DNA of 64,000 nt, from positions 64,001 to 128,000 of IMG/VR virus record IMGVR_UViG_3300026320_000001; one strand, written 5' to 3'. The notes beneath the pieces are model-generated. The model did not search any database. It saw only the letters and a program-made list of their open reading frames with translations, and had not been told where the DNA came from. Shown here in pieces: positions 52,193 to 62,354 of the stretch. Position 1 is the stretch's first letter. Each line of letters starts with the position of its first letter. The translations under genes were made by a program, and so were the position numbers. Origin of the DNA: a virus.

Positions 52193-52516
52193 CTATATCT
52201 TTGTAAAATCAGTTCCAACATATATTCCCCCATCGTTTTCAACTGTAACTTTTTTTGGTTTATAAGGGTCACTTGTTGAAACAACAACTTCTTGAACATA
52301 GATAATATTTGTATATCCAAGAAATCTTGGAACATAATAATTATTTGGTAATTTAATAAAATCTATTGTATAATTTATATTATTAATTTTTTCTATATTT
52401 GTAGTTACAACGTCAGAACTAAAAGTATAACCAATTGGCAATTCTGTTTGAGTATTTGTTTCAAACATACTTGCTGTCAATCTTGGTTTTACGGGATTTA
52501 TAATTTTATAATTCAT
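52193..52516 (-). CDS. small protein, possibly SH3-like cell-wall-binding
   Basis: Beta-rich, follows the lysin; C-terminal KKVTVEND. Confidence 0.4.
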   Translation of the reverse strand: MNYKIINPVKPRLTASMFETNTQTELPIGYTFSSDVVTTNIEKINNINYTIDFIKLPNNYYVPRFLGYTNIIYVQEVVVSTSDPYKPKKVTVENDGGIYVGTDFTKI

Positions 52517-52527
52517 ATAGTTCCTTT

Positions 52528-54015
52528 CTATCTTTTAGATATGTTAGTTGTTATATATTTATTATCACTATATTCAACTGTTATTTTTTTTATATTATTA
52601 TTTGGAATTGTTCCAGGAGGAATTGTTGTTTTATTTTTTATTCTAAATCCTAAAATATTTGCAACTCTTCTTAATTTATATCCGGGATAACGAATAACAT
52701 CATCTTCACCAGATGGTTTTCCTATTATTTTCACAATACCATTATCTCGAATTGCCATAGTGGTACTACCACCACCATCATTCATATACGCCATATAACA
52801 ACCTAATTTTAACATTATTTTTGCAACATCTTGAAAATTTAAACCTTCTTTACTATAATAATCTCCACCATCCACAACAAAGAAAAATATTGTTTTTCCA
52901 TCTTCTGAATATCCCCATGCTGTTCTTGCTCTAATATCATCTATTGCTTTATTAATTGGAACAATTATTCCATTAATAACCAACCTGTTAGGATGAGAAA
53001 TTGCATTCCATATTGACGATGGACGAACAAGAGATAATTCATTATTTTTACCTATGTAAACAGGTTCTTCTATTCCAAATTTTCCATATACATTTCCTTC
53101 ACTTGAAGCATATCCTGCAATCGTAGTTGAAATAAATCCATCTCCATTGATTGCAAAATCTATATTAAATGCATCTAAATAATCAGGAACATATTTTCTT
53201 GCTTGAAGTTGAGGACTCACATATAGTTCAATTTTATCAGAATCAACTTTCATAAGATGATATGTTGCTTTTCCATAGGAAGTATAAGTTTCATATTTCT
53301 TATAATTAATTCCATCATAATATTGTTTTTCTTCCAATAATAAATCTTCTGTTGGAATTGGATTTATGTTTATTTGAATATTAAATCTTTTTATCAAAGA
53401 TATTTCATCTCCATTATAATAATTCAAATCAACAGATGAACTTTCAACTCCATATAAACTTCCAATTCCTTTATCTGTATATTGCCAAAATAACCAACCC
53501 TTATCTTTCCAAGTATCGGGAATTGCAGGTTGTGGATTATAAGACGCTATCCATAAAGGATATTGATTAAAATATATATTTTCGCTTGATGGAACATTAT
53601 CTTTCCAATAGTAGAAGTTCGTATAAATTCCAATTTCTTTATTTCCTACTAAAATTTTTAAATGTTCAAGAAAAATTTTCCAATTTTCCCATCCTTTGAA
53701 TTGACCACCATAATCTTTTTCAACATCTATAAACATTGGTAGTTCACCAAAATCACCGTCAAAAACACTCATATATAATTCAGCTTGTGTTTTTGGGTCA
53801 ATTCTATCATCATAAAACCAATAACTTCCACGAGGAAGATTTGCTCTTTTAGACATTGACCAGTTATATAGAAAATCAGGGTCTTTCCATATATTTTGTC
53901 CAGCCCTTACAATTGTAAATTTAGCATTTTGTGACATTATTGAAAAATCTATTTGTCTTACTGTTTCATCATTATCATTATATAAATCAACATCAGTCCC
54001 TATAAGATAAGTCAT
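52528..54015 (-). CDS. endolysin: GH25 muramidase + phosphodiester glycosidase (NAGPA-like) domain
   Basis: GTDV, RGSYWF, IDVE, GIYT, LWIASY, FWQYT, VDLN; then AINGDGF, ARTAWG, VVDG, DGGGSTTM. Confidence 0.85.
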   Translation of the reverse strand: MTYLIGTDVDLYNDNDETVRQIDFSIMSQNAKFTIVRAGQNIWKDPDFLYNWSMSKRANLPRGSYWFYDDRIDPKTQAELYMSVFDGDFGELPMFIDVEKDYGGQFKGWENWKIFLEHLKILVGNKEIGIYTNFYYWKDNVPSSENIYFNQYPLWIASYNPQPAIPDTWKDKGWLFWQYTDKGIGSLYGVESSSVDLNYYNGDEISLIKRFNIQININPIPTEDLLLEEKQYYDGINYKKYETYTSYGKATYHLMKVDSDKIELYVSPQLQARKYVPDYLDAFNIDFAINGDGFISTTIAGYASSEGNVYGKFGIEEPVYIGKNNELSLVRPSSIWNAISHPNRLVINGIIVPINKAIDDIRARTAWGYSEDGKTIFFFVVDGGDYYSKEGLNFQDVAKIMLKLGCYMAYMNDGGGSTTMAIRDNGIVKIIGKPSGEDDVIRYPGYKLRRVANILGFRIKNKTTIPPGTIPNNNIKKITVEYSDNKYITTNISKR

Positions 54016-54028
54016 AATTCTCCTATCT

Positions 54029-55747
54029 TTATATCAAATATCCAAATACATCAATATCAACTGTACAATCAGATGTTGTTCCAGTAGCTATTGATATTTC
54101 AAAACTATCATTTGAAATTAAATTTTGAAATTTTGTATTATTTGTATCTAATATAATAAAATCTGTTTCTGGAGTTGTCAAAGAAGATAAATCTACAGAT
54201 TGTTTCCAATTTGTAAAATTATATTCAGTTCCACCAGCCATAGAAGCAGAAGGATTTCTAATAATAACATGTGTTATATATCCGGTTTTTCCAGAAGGAA
54301 CAATATATAAACTATTATTTCCGACTGTTTTCATATCAACACCTTCAGATGTTGATAATTTTGTCATTGCTATTGTATTTAAATTTGCCATATTTATCCT
54401 CCTAAAAGTTAAAAACTATTTGTCCATCATAAGTTACGACATCTCCATCATAAATTACAGCGGAGGATAAATTAAAATTAAAATCAAATGGTTGTCCAGA
54501 ACTAATCAAAACATTATATTGATTTTCATTTAAAGTAATAATTACATCTAAATTATCAGTAGGAGTAATAATTGGATTTATTGTCATATTAAACTCCTAG
54601 AATATTAAAATTTCCAGCCAAAATAGTTCTTGTATAAACTGTTATTGGAGTAATTTCTTGTTTTGGTGTATTCCAAACAAATTCCCATTTATATTTTTCT
54701 GATGCAATAGGAAGAGATTCAATAGAATCTTTTGAAATAAAAAAATGTAATTTACCAATAGATAAATCGGTTTCAGTTATAACAATAGGTATTATTGTCA
54801 AAGCTGTTCCAGAAGGAATAATGTTTGCTGTAAAATCATAATTTGTTAAATCAATACCAAAATCTGCATCAAAAGATAAATCATCTCCTAATTGCATTGT
54901 TAAATCAAGTTTTCCAGAATTTTGTTTTAAGTCAGTCACATTATTTTGCCTCCTTTATTTTATTGATAAAAGACATGTTTCATTAACCTTTTGCTATTCC
55001 ATGAACAAAACCAGTTCCAGCAGTTAAAGCAACCGTACCTTTTATTTGCACTTTATAGTATCTGTAAGGTGCTGGTGAAGCAACATAACTACTTGTTGCT
55101 AATGCAGAAACAGTAATTGGTGAACCAACAATAATAGCATCACTAAAATCAGTATCATTTGCCGCTACAACTTGCCAAGTAATAGAATTTGCAATATCTG
55201 TATTTTGAATAGTATAAGCCATAACAGAATAATTTAATGCATCTATTCCTGAACCAACAACATCAGCATAACTATTTGTTGATAATTGAGCAACAGGAGA
55301 AACTTCTAATGATGCATTGCTAAAACTTCCGCTAACTGAAACTACTTGATTACTAGGTAAAACAACTGGAAAACTTGCGGCGGATGTTTTTTGACCCAAT
55401 GATGTTGGCATTCTTTCAAAAGCCCATTTCACCAAACCTCTTAATTTTCCACTTATTGTACCGCTTGTATCGGTAATAACAGCAGAATCGGCAACCGCCC
55501 CCTGAGTCGCATCTCCTCCGTTTGCAATTTCCACTTGTCCTATTGTTATAGTTCCGGTACTAACAGAAACAGGAAGACCATAAACAGACAGAGTTAAATC
55601 CTCTGCAATTATTCTCCAAGTTCCATCGTCTATCATGAATATTGTTCCACCAATTATACTTGCTCCAACGATTGTGTCATTATCAATATCCGATGTTTCA
55701 GCTATATATGTGGGAACATTATTCTTTGAAATTAATTTTAATGTCAT
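54029..55747 (-). other. four probable virion/accessory structural genes (54029-54391, 54402-54587, 54589-54939, 54983-55747)
   Basis: ORF track, GGAGG RBS before 54391, 54939 and 55747, beta-rich composition. Confidence 0.55.
54966..54983. repeat. junction inverted repeat
   Basis: ttgATAAAA GACATG TTTCATtaa, touching the stop of ORF 54983-55747. Confidence 0.8.
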
Positions 55748-55760
55748 ATTTTATTGCCTC

Positions 55761-57410
55761 CTATTTTCCAGCGTTTCCGCCATCTTCTCTTGTTTGAGAA
55801 CCGCTATCAGTTAATTTAGATGTTGGTTTTGTTGGACGACCTTTTGTTTTAGTTGTTGAACTATCTCCTCCACTATCGGCTGGCATTTGCGCCCCCATAA
55901 TAATTGGAGTTAATCCATCTACAAAATTATTTATTTTAGTCATCGCCAATTGACGTTCAAAATGATGAGGTAATTGACCCAATGCGGCCGCTATTTTTTG
56001 CATATTTACTATACCATATGACATCATATCTTTTTGCATATTTAATCTTTCTTCTCTATTGGTAAAGAAATTTGTACCTTCAAGAAAAAATTTAAATTTT
56101 GTTTTTGTTTTTTTATTGATTTGATATTCCAAGAAATCAGAAAAATAAGGATAAATATGTTCCATCAAATATTCATCAACGTTTATTGATAATTGAGATT
56201 CAACAGCATTATTTTTATCTAAAGTAAATATTAATCTAGAATTTACACCAGATGAAGCAGTAGTTGTTTTCAAAAATTCTTCATAAAATGGAGTTCCTAA
56301 TGGAAAATCAATTGCTTTCATATCTTCAAGAGGAGCCGCACCTACTTTAATAGCTTCTGATAAGCCCGATTTTAATAAAGCAAGAAACTTTCCTAGCAAA
56401 TCAGGACTAACAGCAACACTATCTTTAACAACTCCACCTTTAACATCTTTATTTAGCATTGGGATTTTTCCTAAAACTAATTTACTTGCACTTGCAATAT
56501 AAGCATTTGTTTGTAGTTTACGAATAACTGGTTGTAAAACTACATCTGAAAACATAGGAGCAAGAAAAGGAATTCTTGTTGCTAATTCAGGATTAAATTT
56601 GAAACACCAAAAACCATCTTTAGGACTTGTTTGAGTCCATAAAACCCATGAACCAGTTCTTCTATCAACTGGATTTGATGGATTATACTTTTTATAAGAT
56701 TCATTTTCTCCATAAACTCTATTATAAAGAGATTTAAAAATTCTAGGAAACATATTTATATCAACACCGGGTTGAATAAAATATAATATATCAAAATCAA
56801 AAAGCAATCCATAATCCCATCTACCAGTAATTAAACAATATTGATGATTTAATTCTTGAAGCGTATATCTATCACCTTCATCTCTCAATACCGAGAAAAA
56901 TGCTTCTTGTCTAAGCATTTGTCTAATTGCTGTTCCAAATTCTTTTTTAATATCAAATTTATCTAAGAAATTGTTTACTATTTTGACATCTTTTTTATAT
57001 TGTTTTAAAAATTTTGCATCTTCAAAATCAACATCATCTCCAATAGGAACATAAGTTAAATCAAAACTTAACATTCCAGAAAGATAATATAAAACTCTTT
57101 TATATACCATTGATGTTAATTCAAAAAATTCAGAATATCCAACTAATTGTTCTTCATGTTCTTTTGGATTTAATAATGCCGCATCTATTTTATCGGCTGT
57201 TGCCATTTGTGGTGACATTGAAACAGCTTGCAATTGTTGATTAACTAATTGAGGGGTATAAACATTTCCATATAAACTTGATGCAAATTGTAAAACATCC
57301 CAAACTTCTTTTTCTGACAATAAAATATCATCATTCTTAACTTTTATAATATCTGTTGATTTTTTTGATGATGATTTTCTAGTTATTTTTTTTGATTTTG
57401 TTCTTGCCAT
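55761..57410 (-). CDS. portal protein
   Basis: 549 aa directly after TerL; C-terminal GRP tail. Confidence 0.8.
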   Translation of the reverse strand: MARTKSKKITRKSSSKKSTDIIKVKNDDILLSEKEVWDVLQFASSLYGNVYTPQLVNQQLQAVSMSPQMATADKIDAALLNPKEHEEQLVGYSEFFELTSMVYKRVLYYLSGMLSFDLTYVPIGDDVDFEDAKFLKQYKKDVKIVNNFLDKFDIKKEFGTAIRQMLRQEAFFSVLRDEGDRYTLQELNHQYCLITGRWDYGLLFDFDILYFIQPGVDINMFPRIFKSLYNRVYGENESYKKYNPSNPVDRRTGSWVLWTQTSPKDGFWCFKFNPELATRIPFLAPMFSDVVLQPVIRKLQTNAYIASASKLVLGKIPMLNKDVKGGVVKDSVAVSPDLLGKFLALLKSGLSEAIKVGAAPLEDMKAIDFPLGTPFYEEFLKTTTASSGVNSRLIFTLDKNNAVESQLSINVDEYLMEHIYPYFSDFLEYQINKKTKTKFKFFLEGTNFFTNREERLNMQKDMMSYGIVNMQKIAAALGQLPHHFERQLAMTKINNFVDGLTPIIMGAQMPADSGGDSSTTKTKGRPTKPTSKLTDSGSQTREDGGNAGK

Positions 57411-57424
57411 TTTTCTCCTCTCTG

Positions 57425-59233
57425 TTAAACTACCATAATACTATTGAGAAATTCTTCATCAGTATTTCCGGTTTCTTTTAATAAATCGTTATCTAAAAAT
57501 CCAACGAAATAATTTGCATATGAAACACAAGTATAACGGTCTTTTCTTGCTCCATCAGGTTCTTTTAATTTAATGTATCCTGCTTCTAATTTCATAGAAA
57601 GATTGACACACTCATTAATAAACAAACTTGTTTGAATATATGGATGAAGAAAGAATGCTTTTATAGTTATATCATCATTATCTATTATTTTTTTATAAGT
57701 TTTCATTAAATATCCATCTGCAACTGTTTCTTCAACTAAAAATGAAAACATTTTTTTCTTTAATTTATCTCTAAATGCCACAGCAATTTCAGAATTTAAT
57801 TTTGCAGATGCAGAAATTGGAAATATATTTTCTTTAGCATTAATAGCCAAAGTACGTCTTGATAATTCTTCATAAACATCATCAGAAATTCCAATATGTT
57901 TCATAACTGTCATTGCTTCGTATTCAATATTTCTTTCATCATCTTTTGTTATATTGCCTAATTGGTCAAAAATACTTATACCAGCGTTTGCTATATCAAG
58001 CACAATATAATCAGCATTAAAATCAAAATAAATTTGTTTCAATCTCAATGTTTGAAAAACAGTATTTTTTCCAGAATGACTTTCCATATAATATAATTCT
58101 CTGTGATACCCAACACTCGTTGGTAAAAGTCTAATGCAAGAAATAATTGTTAAGTCATTACTTCTTCCCGCACGAGTAGCAACATCACAAGATATTAAAC
58201 GGATTTCTCCTTCAATTCTTTGGATGTCAAATGGATTTTCTTTCTTATTATATTCATCTTTTCTTTGAGGATAAAATGCTTTCTTTATATCTCTATTTTT
58301 TGCAAACATTGACATTTTAAAATAAGCATCTCCAGCTTCACCAGCAGGTATATTAAGATATTCTAATTGAAATGGAATTTCTTCCATTGTTTCTTTATCA
58401 TTTTCAACCTGTTTTACTGTTTTTATTCTGTGATGAATAGCAGTTAAATAATCTGTGACAAAAAAACCAGAATCTTTTCCAGATAACATTTGTTTTATTG
58501 TAATCAATGCTTCTTTATACCACCATCCAGAAACAAAGTGTGCAGATGTAATGTGCATTTCTTTTGCTTCTTCGGGAGGAATAATATGATATTCAATATT
58601 TTGATTATATGGTGTTGGTCTAACATAAGCAAATGGTTTGATGATACTATCTAAAATATCCTTATCTACCAATCTACTTTCTTCTACTATAATAAATGTT
58701 GCTCTGTGACCCCTCGCACTTTCTTTACTTGCCACAACTACAATATTACTTCCATTATGAAATATTACTTCATGTTTATTTTGTCCAGATGTAATACTTA
58801 AAATTTCTCTTGCTATATTTGGATAATTATTATTTAAACTTTGTATTTTTTCGCCTATAATAATACCAGCTTGTGCCATAGTGGAAGAAACAATAACAAC
58901 TGTGCTTCCGGGATATAGTACACAACGAACTATCGCATAAAGTCCAATTAACCAACTTTTTCCAATACTTCTTGATGCAACAGTAAAAAATTTATCTTTT
59001 ATTCCCATTGCCCATATCCAGACAATTTGAAATGGATATAATTTTACACCAAAATAATGTTCTACAAAACGATGAGTATTGAGTCTATAAAAAGTAACCC
59101 AAGATTTTAATCTATCTTTTCTTTCTTGTGTTAATTCTTTTTCTTTTTTCATAACTCTTGGTTTTTGAAATAAGTTTTTACTTCTTGTATTTTTAAAATA
59201 TTCTTGAGAATAATTTTTTATTTTTCCCACCAT
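57425..59233 (-). CDS. terL: terminase large subunit
   Basis: LYPFQ, ASRSIGKS, RGHRA, IIVEE, ISCDVA, ND.T, VLD, RKDRY. Confidence 0.92.
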   Translation of the reverse strand: MVGKIKNYSQEYFKNTRSKNLFQKPRVMKKEKELTQERKDRLKSWVTFYRLNTHRFVEHYFGVKLYPFQIVWIWAMGIKDKFFTVASRSIGKSWLIGLYAIVRCVLYPGSTVVIVSSTMAQAGIIIGEKIQSLNNNYPNIAREILSITSGQNKHEVIFHNGSNIVVVASKESARGHRATFIIVEESRLVDKDILDSIIKPFAYVRPTPYNQNIEYHIIPPEEAKEMHITSAHFVSGWWYKEALITIKQMLSGKDSGFFVTDYLTAIHHRIKTVKQVENDKETMEEIPFQLEYLNIPAGEAGDAYFKMSMFAKNRDIKKAFYPQRKDEYNKKENPFDIQRIEGEIRLISCDVATRAGRSNDLTIISCIRLLPTSVGYHRELYYMESHSGKNTVFQTLRLKQIYFDFNADYIVLDIANAGISIFDQLGNITKDDERNIEYEAMTVMKHIGISDDVYEELSRRTLAINAKENIFPISASAKLNSEIAVAFRDKLKKKMFSFLVEETVADGYLMKTYKKIIDNDDITIKAFFLHPYIQTSLFINECVNLSMKLEAGYIKLKEPDGARKDRYTCVSYANYFVGFLDNDLLKETGNTDEEFLNSIMVV

Positions 59234-59235
59234 AA

Positions 59236-60189
59236 TTATTTTTCGCTTTCATTTTCAGAATCATTTAATTCAATTTCTGTTTCATTATTTTCGCCTGATT
59301 TTATAACAAAATCTCTTGAACGAGTAATAAAATTTTTTATAGGTCTAACAATAAAATTTTCAAAATATTCATTTATATTGTCAACGTCTTTAAATAATTC
59401 TCTATTTTCATTCCACCATTCGGCTGGTTCTTTTTGTTCAATATCTTTTATCCAAACTCCGAATGCTTCTTGATTTTTTCCAGAAGATGCAACATTTTGT
59501 TTGGCAGGGTCTAATGCCGCTGTTTTCAAAATCTCTTGCAATTGTTTTTGTAATTTAGAAACATCTAAATTTTGAACTCTCTTATTTCTAATTGCTAATT
59601 GGGTAAAACATATCTCCCTAATCATAACAATATCTGAATTTCCACCAATTGAATTATCTTCTTTCCATCTTGCTAATTCTTTTTCTAAATATTCATAATC
59701 TTCAAAACTTAAACCTTCGCCCCAAAAATCATTTAAATATTCTTGAAAATCTTCAGATTCATTAGAAATTTCATCGTTATTAATATTTTTAGTAAATCCA
59801 TTATATTCATATTTTCCTGATAATGAAGGATTTAATTTTAATTGTTTTCCTAAATGTGATTTATATAATGAAAATAAATTTTTACTCAATACTTTATCAC
59901 CCAATGTTTCCATATGTAACTCTAAAGAATCTATAACAGATTCCATATATGCAACATCAACAATTTGACATGTTTTATGGATTGCTTCTTTTAAATCCAT
60001 ATAACTATTTTTTAAACAACCTTCAAATATTTCTGAAATACAAAGTTTACAGATAGACATAAAATTATTTGAATCTATATCTAAATTGACAGCAGAATAA
60101 AATTCTGTTGATTTTTTGATTTTCATACACTTGCGGCAATAGACTCCATCAACTTCAGTTATAAGTCTTTTGCTTTTTAGTCTTGCCAT
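59236..60189 (-). CDS. terminase small subunit-like protein
   Basis: N-terminal CxxC...CxxC, FWG, FGVWIKDIEQKEPAE; directly upstream of terL. Confidence 0.6.
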   Translation of the reverse strand: MARLKSKRLITEVDGVYCRKCMKIKKSTEFYSAVNLDIDSNNFMSICKLCISEIFEGCLKNSYMDLKEAIHKTCQIVDVAYMESVIDSLELHMETLGDKVLSKNLFSLYKSHLGKQLKLNPSLSGKYEYNGFTKNINNDEISNESEDFQEYLNDFWGEGLSFEDYEYLEKELARWKEDNSIGGNSDIVMIREICFTQLAIRNKRVQNLDVSKLQKQLQEILKTAALDPAKQNVASSGKNQEAFGVWIKDIEQKEPAEWWNENRELFKDVDNINEYFENFIVRPIKNFITRSRDFVIKSGENNETEIELNDSENESEK

Positions 60190-60221
60190 TTTATATGACC
60201 TCCGAACTATTTCAGTTTAAA

Positions 60222-60248
60222 ACAAAAAAGACTCTATAAAGAGTCTTT
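60222..60248 (-). terminator. intrinsic terminator after tRNA-Thr
   Basis: AAGACTCT-TTAT-AGAGTCTT-TTTT on the - strand; near-identical copy at 61180-61203. Confidence 0.75.
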
Positions 60249-60256
60249 CAATATAG

Positions 60257-60328
60257 AGCTACCAGCAGAAATTGAATCCACAAGACCTAATTACAAGTTA
60301 GGCATTTTACCAGTTAAATTATGGTAGC
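60257..60328 (-). tRNA. tRNA-Thr(TGT)
   Basis: GCTACCA/TGGTAGC acceptor, CCTAA-CTTGTAA-TTAGG, TTCAATT loop. Confidence 0.85.
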
Positions 60329-60339
60329 AAAAGAAAAAA

Positions 60340-60963
60340 TTATTTTTTTCTATTAGTTCTTCCATTTCCTTTATTTTTTGCTTTAAAAGTTGGAAGAAGA
60401 GCATCACAATTATTGCAAACATATCTAAGATTATTTGGAAAATTATTATTATGATTTCCGTCTATATGGTCAACAACAACGGGAATTTCAACATCATTCC
60501 AATTTTCTAATTCGCAAATTGAACATTTTTTATCAATATTTATTTTTCTAAAAAATCTTCTTGCTTCTTCGTCGTTCATTTCTCCAGCATTATATCTAGG
60601 TAAATTTTTTAAAAAACTATCTTTTTGATTTTTTTCAGCTTGACATTTTGTATTACAATATTTTCTATCACTTCTTCCATTTATTTTTTTACCACAATTT
60701 ATACAAAAAGAATCTTTTCTTCTTTGAATATAAATTTTTATGTTTTTATTAGAATAACTTGCTCCACAACTTTGAGAACAATAAGTATTAACTCTTTTTT
60801 CATAATCAATTGGTTTATTGCATTCTAAACATAATTTTGGATTATTTTCGTATTTATTTTTTGCTTTTAATCCATTTTCAATTGTTAAATTTCTTCCAAT
60901 TTTTAATTTATCATTTGCTCTTTTTCTGCTTGCTTTTGATTTATATCTTCCTGAACTTTTCAT
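60340..60963 (-). CDS. HNH endonuclease with zinc fingers
   Basis: CSIC...VDHIDGNHNNN...NLRYVCNNCD; YCSQSC and YCNTKC. Confidence 0.88.
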   Translation of the reverse strand: MKSSGRYKSKASRKRANDKLKIGRNLTIENGLKAKNKYENNPKLCLECNKPIDYEKRVNTYCSQSCGASYSNKNIKIYIQRRKDSFCINCGKKINGRSDRKYCNTKCQAEKNQKDSFLKNLPRYNAGEMNDEEARRFFRKINIDKKCSICELENWNDVEIPVVVDHIDGNHNNNFPNNLRYVCNNCDALLPTFKAKNKGNGRTNRKK

Positions 60964-60978
60964 TTTTTATTTTCCCAT

Positions 60979-61060
60979 AATCCCACAAATATAATTAAAA
61001 AGAAAGAAGCCGGGGATTCGGCTTTTCGATTGGTTCATGACTTCCAATCTATCTATCTTT
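60979..61060 (-). ncRNA. putative cis-regulatory three-way-junction RNA (copy 2)
   Basis: P1 AAAGATAGA/TCTTTCTTT, TAG, P2 ATTGG/CCAAT, CGAAAAG, P3 GCCG-AATCCC-CGGC; loop complementary to downstream GGGATT. Confidence 0.55.
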
Positions 61061-61063
61061 TAG

Positions 61064-61134
61064 TTGCGCGAGCAAGAATCGAACTTGCGGCAAGAGGTTA
61101 TGGGCCTCCTGTGTTACCACTACACCATCTCGCA
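61064..61134 (-). tRNA. tRNA with CAT anticodon (Met, or Ile2 if lysidine-modified)
   Basis: Cloverleaf; GGAGG-CCCATAA-CCTCT; GCAAG-TTCGATT-CTTGC. Confidence 0.85.
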
Positions 61135-61144
61135 TCGTAAAAAC

Positions 61145-61173
61145 ATGTTATCATATAAACATGATTTTGTCAA
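61145..61173 (-). promoter_or_regulatory. SigA-type promoter for tRNA(CAT)-HNH-tRNA-Thr
   Basis: TTGACA-17 bp-TAACAT with extended TG. Confidence 0.65.
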
Positions 61174-61290
61174 GAGGTTAAAAAGGACTCTATAAAGAGT
61201 CCTCTCTAACAAATATATTTAATTTCCCCCATATTTATAATAAATAGAAACAATAAAAAATAAATTCTTAATAAATATAGAAAAATTTAT

Positions 61291-62199
61291 TTAATTTTTT
61301 AATAAATTTTCTTTTTTAAATTTAGACAAAATATTTTTTCCATATCTATGTAAAGAACCGCATTTATCACATCTCAAAGATTCATACATTCCTTGACCTG
61401 AAGGATATTTTCCTTCATTTGTAAATTCTGTTCCCAAACAATTAGGACATTGTTTTGTTTCCAAATTATTGTGTCTGGCAAGATTTGGGTGATTTGGAAT
61501 GAATCCCCTAAGTTTGTAATACAAAGTTTCTGTAGCTATAACATCACCCACATTATAAGAAAGCATCGTATTCAGGGACTTGTCATCCCCATTAGAACAG
61601 GCTATCCATAAAGGAAAACCATCATTATCAATTTTATTTCTAATACCTAATTTTTTATTTATTTCAGTTAATTTATTTGAAGTAAATCTGAAATTATTTC
61701 TAGCTACTTGTAAAGTATCTATGGTCAAATATTTTACTGGTTTTGCATACATCAAAAAATAATTATTTAAAGTTTTTCCATCATAATTAAGAAAATTATG
61801 TCCAATTATTATATCACATGAATTAACAAATTCAAATGCAGATAAAGAAATTCTTTCTGGATTTCTATTTATGGCTTCTTCTGATGTCAGAATATCTGAA
61901 TATATTTTATTTGAATTCAAATATTTTCCAGCCCAACTAAGAAGACATAAATCTTCTATCATTTGTTCTCCACCTAGATATTGTTCTCTCATTCCCCATG
62001 AATAAAATTTAGCCGGTAAATTTTCTATATCCATCACGCCAATTTTAAAAGTATCAGTTTTTGCATTTACTTCAAAAAATTCTACAGGAATGGAATCCCA
62101 TGTACCACAATCTTGACATTCTATTCTTTTTTTTGTTCTGGATTTATTAAATCCTCTTTGTTGAATATTTTCTGAACTACATTCTTTGCAGGTAATCAA
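61291..62199 (-). CDS. RNase H-fold 3'-5' exonuclease (DEDD/RNase_H_2-like) with terminal zinc ribbons
   Basis: MDIEN, IGHN...YD, IDTL, YNVGDV. Confidence 0.8.
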   Translation of the reverse strand: MITCKECSSENIQQRGFNKSRTKKRIECQDCGTWDSIPVEFFEVNAKTDTFKIGVMDIENLPAKFYSWGMREQYLGGEQMIEDLCLLSWAGKYLNSNKIYSDILTSEEAINRNPERISLSAFEFVNSCDIIIGHNFLNYDGKTLNNYFLMYAKPVKYLTIDTLQVARNNFRFTSNKLTEINKKLGIRNKIDNDGFPLWIACSNGDDKSLNTMLSYNVGDVIATETLYYKLRGFIPNHPNLARHNNLETKQCPNCLGTEFTNEGKYPSGQGMYESLRCDKCGSLHRYGKNILSKFKKENLLKN

Positions 62200-62265
62200 T
62201 TTTATCTCCTAATTTGGATATGTTATAAAAATACATATCCCCCTAATTACATTTCCCACATTTAG

Positions 62266-62337
62266 CTGGCACGACAGGACTTGAACCCATATGACGATAT
62301 TAACAGTATCGCATCTTGCCTATTAGATGACACGCCA
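62266..62337 (-). tRNA. tRNA-Asn(GTT)
   Basis: TGGCGTG/CGTGCCA, CGATA-CTGTTAA-TATCG, TTCAAGT. Confidence 0.85.
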
Positions 62338-62354
62338 AAATTTATTTATTACAG

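Noticed and set aside
60979-61063. Theta (HDV-like) or hammerhead ribozyme after tRNA(CAT)
   Set aside because: I could not build the HDV nested double pseudoknot or find a CUGANGA core; reported instead as an unknown junction RNA
60222-61203. Direct repeats GACTCTATAAAGAGTC flanking tRNA-HNH-tRNA as mobile-element ends
   Set aside because: Both are hairpins with T-tracts on the transcribed strand, simply explained as related terminators; no transposase
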